A stretch of DNA of 64,000 bases from Cycas panzhihuaensis (Eukaryota > Plantae > Cycadophyta). Shown here piece after piece: positions 54,601 through 64,000 of this stretch. The notes below the pieces were generated by a model. The model saw only the letters and a program-made list of their open reading frames with translations. It ran no database searches and had not been told where the DNA came from. The stretch spans positions 230,461,741 through 230,525,740 of the forward strand of contig CM041465.1 of assembly GCA_023213395.1 (NCBI GenBank), given 5' to 3'. Numbering within the stretch: the stretch's first letter is position 1; each line of letters starts with the position of its first letter. The position numbers were made by a program, and so were the translations under genes.

Positions 54601-57341
54601 ATCATATATATATAATGTTGACCCATGGGTATAATGATGATTAGTTCACTTAGTTTCACATTATCATATGTTGGACCATAGTCTTAATTGATATACATGA
54701 GCTAGATGTTATAAGTAGATGGAGTGAGATACTAAAATAACCATTCTTAGGTGCCACACCATGGGTTAATTCTTATTAGGACATAGAGATTCTATATAAC
54801 TAAATTATTTTCTTTACTGACTAATTCCTATAGTTTTTCATATCCATCAAATTATTCTTTATAATGTAAGTATTAAATTATTAATATATTTTTATGGCAT
54901 TATTCACTCGTACAAATAGGGAGAAAACTATAGAAATACCAATCCTTTTATACTTCTTTGAATTACTTGAGATTGCACTAGCAATGTCATGTTAGTATAA
55001 GGTTGCTCATACTTTTGTCTCTCATATATGGTCTCTAAAATAGTAAAATATTTTGGCACTCAATCATAAAATTAAATTATTATAGATTTAATTCCCATTA
55101 TATCACTCTCACAAAAAGCCTTGGCCAAATATGGATAGATCTTTTGCCATATTATATGTACAAAAATAGGAAATGATGTTAGTAATATTTTCTATTTTGT
55201 GTGTGAGCTCAACTAAGCTCCATTATTAAGGAGATAAATAAGGGGATAAATGTTTTCCTAATTTTGGGCCTCTTACCCTCATTCTAAAGCATCAAGTATA
55301 CCTCTTTCACTATTAATAGTTAGATATACATTCCTTACTTATCATTTTCTTGATACTATATTTAATTGCCTACATTTTCTTAACATTTGCCTTATACTGT
55401 ATTTGATTGAGAATTTGTTTAGTTTGCTTATATATATTGCATCTCTCATAATGATGATATCTTTAATAATATCTCCTATATGTTTTAGAGCTATAATAAA
55501 GTTGATTCAATGCTTAAAATAGACATATATTCTTCCATTGTGATGATGTTCTTTTTTGTCATTTTTCACTTATAATTATATTATTTTATATTTTTTACTT
55601 TGATTCTAAATGTAATTATTAGTTCTATTTATGTTATTATATAGATCTTTTCTAGTAGATAAGAATAAAGTACTCATGGATTGAAAACAAATATTGTATG
55701 AAGGCTTTATCCCCCTTTTATGGTTTTATCTTCTTGCATAACCTTATTTCCCACTTCTCAAGGTTAACTTCACAATTAATCCCTTAAAAAAGAAATTTTA
55801 CTCTTAAAAATAGACTTTTGTATCAATGTAAATGATTTATTTTCTAAATTGACTCATTATAAATATCTATTCTTAAGGTTCATTTCATATTTAGCTCTAG
55901 AAGAAGCCTCTTTAAAGTTTTAAACCCTATGATTACTTCTTTCTTTATTTACTCATGCTCAAATGAATCATAATTTGTTAGATTTTTTATTTGATTTTTC
56001 CCTTAGCTATAAGATTTTTGTATGCCTTAACCATTGTTATCATACTTATGGAATTTTTTAATTATTTGGTTCATAAATTTTTATGTCTTATTCATTGTTT
56101 TATTGATTTATGGCATACTATATGTCACCCATGTAACTCATGTGGTATACCACCAAAGTCCTATAGAAATCATGAGGTATACTATTGATGTCCTCTATAA
56201 ATCATGCAACATACCATTGAAGTATTATATAAGTCATGTAGTATGCCATATATGGTACCATTGAAGTTCTATATAAATAAAACAATATCATACTACTAAT
56301 CTTTTCACAACTCAATCAATATGATATACTTTATATTGCCTCTATGCTTTTCATCTCCTATAGTATTTCCATCACTTTCACACTTTATTTCTATGGTACA
56401 CCATGTTTTTTAGCCGATAATCTATGGTATACTTTTGTGTTTTAATGGTATATAAATTTCTTGTATTTCTCTTCACTCATTACTCCATTTTAGATTTCTA
56501 ATTACCTTACATTATTTTTCTAATCTCTGGTTTGATTATCTCTTACTCATAATTGATGTCTATTATTATTCTCTCACATAACCCTATATCATCTCCAAAC
56601 TTAAGTTAAATATTTTTGGTAACCATACTAAGGACCACTCTCTATTGTCTCTTAGTTGATCTTTGATTTGGTTTCAATCATAATTGATTTCTCACCTAGT
56701 TGATTATCCCTCTGATTTATTTATTTTCCTTCTCTTATTGGTCATCACTTTAGAAGAATTCTCATGGTGACCTATCCTATATAACTCATAAATTTCCTCA
56801 TCTTTGGTGAGGTTCTCTTTGATTCTTTCCTAAATAGATTTCTTTTGAGATTTAGATTTCTCTAATATATAATGTATACCTTGGTAGTTTTTCCTAGTGT
56901 TATTTTGTAAGACAAGGAAGATTAGATAAAGAGAAAGCAAACATACACTTATTATTAAATATATGAGTCTCTTAAGTGAATAAATAAGATAAGAGTCTCT
57001 ATTCTTTGTTTGATTTTATATCTTTCATTTAGTTAATGATTACAAAGAAAATAATATAAAATATTTATTTTAGGTGAATATACAAAATAAATTAATGTGG
57101 TAAAAGAATATAAAAAGTCTCACAAAATATACTTCATTTGCTCTTTATAAATTCTTTCTCTTTTTGTTATACCTTACTATAGCTAATTATCATATACAAA
57201 CACATAGGCATTTTTTCATTGCTCATAGGGATAGTGTTCCTTGTGTAGTGTATTCTTATTCATTTCTTTTAAGGTTTTATCTTAGCTTATGTATTTCCTT
57301 AGAATAAAAGAATATGGTTCATGTGTAAGTTAAACACATTG

Positions 57342-58400
57342 CTTAAGTAAGACCATGTGGCATAAATAGTTTCAAGTTAAGTATTTATGAAGTGTTAATT
57401 GTGTCAGTCCTAGAAAGGTTGTAGGATCACCCACCTTCAAGACAATTTAGGAAGTATGAGAAAAATGGAAAAAAATATCAGGCTAACAAGGAGACAAACC
57501 ATATAGAGGGCTTTTATTTTGAAATCACTCCATTTGGTGGGCATCAATATTTTGGTAGGACAATTAATAACTAGGCTAGATTATATGGTTTAAGGATAAG
57601 TGACTTGATAAAATGTACATGGATTTTATATCATAGTTATTTCAAATAACTAACTCATGTTGGAAGCTATAGAATGTTGTCAAGTAGAAATTTAACCTCG
57701 AACCTAATTATATATTCATAATTAAGAAGATATGGAATTGTTATCTAATAGCACAAAACTCCAACTTAGCTAAAATAGGGTGCACAAAATAATTGTAGCA
57801 TTATGTCTAGAGCCACATGAAGTTTTTAATAAATTCTTTGTCTTACAGGTTTATAAGCACCTCACTAATAATGATAATATCTTTGATAAACTTAAGTATA
57901 TTTAGAATATTAAATGTGGTAAAGTGGCACAGAGGTAAAGATTTGAAAGGTTATGCCATGCACCATTGGAACCAAAAAAAGGAATTTTTTACATGGTCAC
58001 TACTAGAAAATAAGTTGGCTATTAAATCCAAACCTGCTAAGTTTAGACATGATGACATGTCATGTACTTTCTATGGGTACAATGAGTTACTTATGTACTT
58101 ATTTTAATGGTATTCTTTTACTAGATTAGAGTGGTGATGCATTAGCAATTTTACCAAGATTATCATCAACAAGGACTTTGGTTGGAACATAACATTATTT
58201 CTCACAACTTGGCCTTTTATAAAATATTTCACCTAGCTTAGGAAATTTTAAGTATAGAAGTTTTATATTTCATTTGGGAATTTAGAATGTTATATTTTTC
58301 AAACATAAATGTCCTACAATTAAGTTCTTTAATAAAATATATTTTATGATTCTTAATAAATATGCCTTAAAGATAAATGTATAAGCCATAAAGTCTAGGT
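57342..58400 (+). pseudogene. 3' part of the decayed L1 LINE (zf-RVT region)
   Basis: GSPTFKTI*EV*EKWK; HSIWW; FFTWSLLENKLAIKSK...SCTFYGYNELLMYLF (zf-RVT-like). Resumes after the cattg TSD. Confidence 0.7.
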
Positions 58401-61400
58401 GGAACTCACTCAACTCTTCAACCTTATTGATCATTTGGGATCTAATCCATGCATCGTGTATAAGGTGCCATAAGAGGAAGGGTGTCATAAAAGGGAGTTT
58501 CATACTCCACCTAATCTTAAAGAGTTCAACCATAAGAAGTCAAATCCACGTTATGAAAACTTGTGCACAAGAGGTGGTTATGAAGAGTGGTGCTCAAGAC
58601 GTGTCTTCTCATTGGAGAATTAAATGGTAGGTTTCTCAAAGAAGGCTTCTCCTCTACTTATTTAAAGGAATGCTCCTTTAAAACTTCCTCTTATATAAGA
58701 ACATAATGAATAAGGCAAACCAACATACCATCACATAAATAGGGGGACTATTGAGCAAGAAGTGGAAAGAAAAGTGAAGAGAAGTATTAGCCAAGGAAGT
58801 AGGACTTCATCAAACTTATTCATCTCTCATCATCAAATTAAGCAAATTGTCAAATAATACATAAGGAGGCCAAAGGTATAACGTATTTAATGTGCTATGT
58901 GTTTATTATCTTTATTTTCTCTCCCCTCTTCCATCAAGTTCATATATAAAGGAAACTATGTAAGTTTGTAAGTGCTCTTTCCTTATTGCCTTACATTTAA
59001 TTTTTTTACTTTCTAGGATGATGGGTGTATTATTTTACAAGAGTGTTATGCTTATCCTTGTGTTAGATGCATCACATTCAATTATGAAAATTATAAAAAA
59101 ATTAACATGGCCAAGATTCATATAATTGTCATGTTAATCTCGAGGTGGTTAAAGCTTTGCTTGACTACACCACCTTATTTGGATCCATCCTTCTTACACA
59201 AATAAGTGAAATGCCCTGCCATATTCATATATCTTTTTATAAATTTTTAGTAGTAATTGGTGAGCCTTAAAACCCTTAAACCTTTAAGACATTTTTTTTA
59301 TTAGGCTAGTTAATGATGGCATATACCCTGGCTAGATCAATTTGTGTCATTTATTATGATATAATATGGCCAAGATAGTGTAACATTCACTTGTGGAAGT
59401 TGCACTTAGATCGTTTACATTAAACCAGTTATTTTTCAAAATTCAGAGTGCCATGTCTAGGTGTTTACAATGATCTTCTTATGCTTTGTTATAAACCAAG
59501 ATATTATCCAAAAAAACCATAATAAACTTCCTTAGGAATGGTGCAAATACCTAATTCGTAGTTGCTTAAAAGCTAGATGGTACATTTGTAAGCCCAAGCA
59601 ACATAACCTTGAATTTAAATATTCCTTAGTATATGTGGAAAATTATTTTTTTCCATATTTTGGGGCCCAATAGGAATTTGATAGAATCCAGAGCAAAGAT
59701 CAATATTTCAAAATTATGTGGTTTTATAAAACTCATCAATTATATTAGCCATACATGGAATGGGGTATTTATTTTTAATCATTATTTTATTGAGTATGTG
59801 ATAGTCAACACACGTCCTAAATGATATGTCCTTATTCTGAGTGAGTATTATAGGTGTTACACATGGACTATTGTTGGGCTCATTGCCACATTGTCTAGGA
59901 AATCCTACATTATTGTTTCAATCTCAGTCTTTTATTTGTGGTCATACTTATAATGTCTAACTATAATAGGGCCCTTACCTAGCTCAATGTCCATGATATG
60001 CTCCAAGGTTTTGAATAATGTTAATGAGACTTGTAAGTCTTAAAAAACTTAGGGGTACTAGCTTAACACCTTGTCTATCTACTTTATGTTAAGGATTCTT
60101 TAACATCAAGTTAATAATTCTTAGAAATGACAAGTTATTATAATAAAAATCATTAGAGACAATTCTTAAATGCCTCTACCATTAGAGAATCTCTCAACTA
60201 AGTTATGTTCTAAACATGGGGGCCAAGTGAATAAATGGCATTCACTGTGTCAAAACTTAAAAAATTATTCAAATGGTAATCTTGAAATGTTTGAATTGCC
60301 TTAAAAAAAATCATGTTTATGTTGAAACATCCTTGTATAATATTGGATGCATTTTAACCTAGTTTGTAAGTAAAAATACTACCCATAATGCTCTACTAGT
60401 AGGAAGTTAACTATAAGAGTATATAATTATACAATGACAAAGAAAGAAAGGTTGGGCATGATTTATGGCCTCTGAAAATTTAGGCATTACTTACAAGCCA
60501 AACTTCTTAAATATTTATATGAATCATCAAGGATTGATATATCTCCTAAGTAAATAATTGTTATGACTTGGGACAACTAAATGATTGTTATTATTTTAAA
60601 AGCCATGGTTAAACCAAAAGAAGCCCATGTTATTCTTGATTAGATTTTGCATGTTGAGAAAGGTACAAAAGCAACTTGAATAAATAAATGATGATATTTT
60701 GTATGCCAAATTATTCAATATAGATATAATTTGAGAATGGCACACAATAATTACACAGCATTTAGCTAATGGAGCCATTCCACCTTGTACGATAACATCG
60801 GGTTAAGAGAACCAACTTGTTTGAGTTCATTTGCAGAGCATTGTTTAAAATGTGATCCAATGACATTCTATGGAAATGTGCATTACAATATGAAGTTATA
60901 TAGATTTTAAGTTAAGCCCTTGAAGACTTCACTAGAGAGAAGGTTAAAAAAAGAATAAATAAGGCTCCAATTTCAACTTTAATGCTATTTTATTTGTTAA
61001 TTTATGCAAAACATAAAAAAAGTTTACAATTGAAAAGAATAATGAAACTATTCTTCTTATCATTTAAAAGCCCTTTTGTCTTTTTCTATTTTTCTTTTAA
61101 TACCAAAGTCCTTCATACAGTAAGTGGCTTGTTTGTCATATCAAGTGAGTGTTCACTCTCCACATCTTGCATTATGAAAGGTTGTGATGCAATATCTCTA
61201 GTTGATAAAGTTGAGGCAATAGAGTATGATCATGATTTTTAGGGAGAAATCACTCTTACATAATTTGACTAAGGCCTATGGTTTGAGTGATTATTCAAGA
61301 AAAGTATAAAACCTACATGAATTCCAACTCATGTGACTTGTCTTAGGAAATTAAAAGTTCAATCTCATTAAGCATATATTAAATCCCTCATAAGCATGAT

Positions 61401-62137
61401 GCCTTAAATTTCACCCAAACAAAAATTTACAAGGTGCACACTTTAAGATATGATTAGAGTATAAATTTTTCATCATAATTTATCTAAAATAATATTTAAG
61501 ATGTTTCCAAGAGCACAAAAGTATTAGAGTTGTCATAAAAAAGACTAACTTGAAAAGAGTGATTAAAATTTAGAATTTAAGCAACTATGCACCTTACAAA
61601 AACGATCCGTTTGTCAAATATTTCTTTGATAGCCTGCTCAACTCCATGTCTATAATTTTATTTTAGCATTAGTCACCCACTCATTGTTTGTGAATTTAAT
61701 ATATTTTATTGGAGCATGTTCACTTGGTAATTTACTTTCAAACGAAACTTGTATTTTTTACACTGATGATGTTTACCAAGCTCCCCGGTCCTAGACTCGA
61801 TTGCAGTCTCCCTATTTCCATCCTCCCACGGTCGATTGATGAACAGCTTTTTCGTTCTTCTGGTGTGTTAAAAGATCACGATTTCATACGCTTATTTTAT
61901 GAACTATTTAGTACACCTCGATCTAACAAATACAATCCAAATAAATGGTGTTATGCATCAAACCATGGATAGTAATAACTTTCTATGTGATATTTACAGC
62001 GTGAAACGACATAAACAGAGCTAGACCTTGCATTACAGAAGATGTTGCCTGCATGCAACTGAGAATCGTGGCAGCTTTGTTCATTCATGCAACATCAGTA
62101 CGACAAAATGGGTTTGACGTTTACCACACATGAACTA

Positions 62138-64000
62138 TCATGTGGAAGAAGTCTGGCTATCAAATGCTCCATTGTTCTCTATTGCAGGCCTACCATCTAA
62201 CAAGGACGATATATCTACCGGGAATTTGAAAGCCCCTGCATTTGTTGTTCCAAGAAATGTTGCTTTGATATTCTCCAACAGTCCCACTACATCTCTCATA
62301 TTTGGTCTTTCTTCAGGTGATTGCTTTGTGCACAGCAAACCCACAAGAATGAGTTCCGAAAGACACTTGTACATGTTATGCTCGTCTATTCCTTCAGTAC
62401 TCACTTCTCTGAGAAGGCTACCGTCAACAACATCCAGCAATCTATCAGGAAATGCCATGCTTACCCACTTCTGCAGGTCCAGTCCTCCCACAAACATGTC
62501 GCTGCTGGGCCTCCTCCTGGTGAGCATCTCCAATAACAGAATGCCATAGCTGTAAACATCCCCCTTCGTCGAAGCCCTTCCTCCTAATCCGTACTCTGTA
62601 TTCAATCCATCATCCTTTAAATTTTTTTGTTCTGGTAATTCATGTGTATGAAATACAGAAGAGAAAAGCGAGAAATAACATTTTGATCATTTGGAGCACA
62701 AAAGCAAACCTGGGGCGATGTAGCCGATAGATCCTCTGAGTGCATGCGTTGAAGTGAAGGAATCCTGAGAGGTGGGACAAGTAATTTGAGCGAGGCCAAA
62801 GTCGGTAATGTGTGCTGTCATGTTGTCATCTAAAAGCACGTTGCTTGGCTTCAGATCACAATGCAGAACTTGAACATGAGAATCATGATGCAGGTATTGC
62901 ATGCCATGGGCTATGTCTATGGATACTTTTAATCGGTCGAGGAAGCTCAACGAACAAGCATTCCTATCTTCACTCTCATTCCTGTCATCGGGATACAGAT
63001 TCTTTTCCAAGCTTCCCTTGGGCATGAATTGAAGGACCAAAGCTCTGAAATTAAGGCTGGAACAGGAGGTTACGATTCTAACAAGGTTCCGGTGACGAAT
63101 TCTCTTCAATACCTTGCATTCCTTCTTAAAACTTCCATCGGGCTCTTCATCCTGCAAATTAAAAACCTTGACAGCAATCATCGTGCCGTCCCCTAAAATC
63201 CCTTTATAGACTGATCCAAAACTACCGACTCCAAGCAGGTTGGCCTCGCTAAATGCATCAGTTGCATGGATAAGTTGTTGGTATGAAATAACAGGGAGTT
63301 CTCGTTTTAGTGCAAAGGTTTTCGGGAGATGTAGACTCAGTCTGCTCCAAAAAAGTCCTAAAAGTAAACAGCAGAGAATGAAAATACCAACACTTGCAAC
63401 TGGTAGTACTACTCTTTTGAGAGATGAATGTCCTGTTTGTTTCATAAGGGTGGAATTGGGGCAGGCAGGCAAGTACAACCATGATCCACAGAGTCTCGGA
63501 TTCCCCATAAATGACTTATTACTAAAATTTGCAAAATTCCCTCCTTTTGGGATTTCTCCTGTGAGGTTATTGTATGAGAAATTCAAACGTGTGAGCATAT
63601 GAAGTTTCTCCAGAGACTTTGGTATTGTGCCCGACAACTTGTTGAAAGAGAGATCCATGTCTTGGAGACCTTTTATGTTTCCAAGTGAAAGTGGAGTTGG
63701 ACCTTGCACGGCATTATGAGATAGATTCAGATGCTGTAACGCTGCGCAGCTTCCTAGTGTGGTTGGAATGAATCCGGACAACTGATTGGCAGAGATGTCT
63801 ATGGCTTGAGTCATTACCATTTTACCAATCTCTGGAGGCAGGGAGCCTTGGAGGGAATTGCTTGAGAGGTTGAAATAAAATAGGAGATTTTGTAGACCTG
63901 CAACCTCTGGCGGTATGTTTCCATGGAGTCTGTTGTAGGACAGGTCGAGCAGTTCCAGACGCCAACAGTTGCCAAGAGTTGCAGGTATGTTTCCTGATAA
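62138..64000 (-). CDS. LRR receptor-like Ser/Thr kinase, subfamily XII (EFR/FLS2/Xa21-like, non-RD). Exon 1 from beyond 64000 to 62710, intron 62709-62596, exon 2 62595-62138; 5' end outside the window
   Basis: Open frame from 64000 with plant LRRs (LDLSYNRLHGNIP, IDISANQLSGFIP), GNPRLCG cap, TM VVLPVASVGIFILCCLLLGLFW, GVGSFGSVY, AVKV, HCDLKPSN (non-RD), DFG. GYIAP|EY is split by a 114-bp GT-AG phase-1 intron. Stop TGA at 62138-62140. Confidence 0.95.

Larger units (their letters stand above)
44972..57336 (+). mobile_element. Element I: old non-autonomous LTR element with ~2.1-kb LTRs (5' LTR 44972-~52656, split by G and 3'-truncated; 3' LTR 55251-57336) and a gag-like internal remnant
   Basis: TSD cattg (44967-44971, 57337-57341). 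LTR starts tgtttcccc / tgttttcct; end gttaaaca. PPT aaggggataaa before 55251. RRWCSFHIINSHSNDK (Zn-knuckle-like) ~53400. ~32-bp degenerate tandem repeats in the LTRs (45520-45785, 56120-56290, 16680-16850). Confidence 0.75.

Noticed and set aside
58428-59074. Possible solo LTR (tgat...atca)
   Set aside because: LTR-like composition, but no matching TSD or second copy could be found.
59310-59350. DGIYP motif suggesting a PIF/Harbinger transposase
   Set aside because: Five-residue match only; the flanks do not fit and no TIRs are seen.
62130-63602. Plus-strand and alternate-frame ORFs overlapping the kinase
   Set aside because: Shadow frames of a real CDS with no recognisable motifs.

Overview
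AT-rich seed-plant nuclear DNA, most likely a gymnosperm (inferred from the old, heavily C>T/G>A-decayed retroelements and the kinase type). One intact host gene is visible: the 3' part of a minus-strand non-RD LRR receptor-like kinase (LRR-XII, EFR/Xa21-like) at 62138 to beyond 64000. Bases 1-58400 are a nested retroelement pile. An ancient L1 LINE is split by several LTR elements, most bounded by recognisable 5-bp TSDs, LTR pairs, tRNA-iMet PBS and PPT. Two local duplications overlay this: a ~5.5 kb tandem unit, and a ~4.4 kb block at 1372-17690 matching 52722-57131. The most striking signal is in the long 5' leaders of Copia-type elements. The non-autonomous element at 46292-52469 carries a mosaic of short, mostly antisense host-gene fragments (kinesin-4, ARF1, RRT/GT106, GlcNAc kinase, Asn-tRNA synthetase, TRM4/NSUN2, plus a sense SDIR1 piece) arranged around an internal array of four PBS copies. 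The Copia at 25283-32708 carries an antisense CLASP fragment 3 bp after its PBS. A TRIM/Copia chimera at 11800-15234 looks like a PBS-mediated template-switch product. All gene identifications are hand translations matched to remembered family motifs and need BLAST confirmation.
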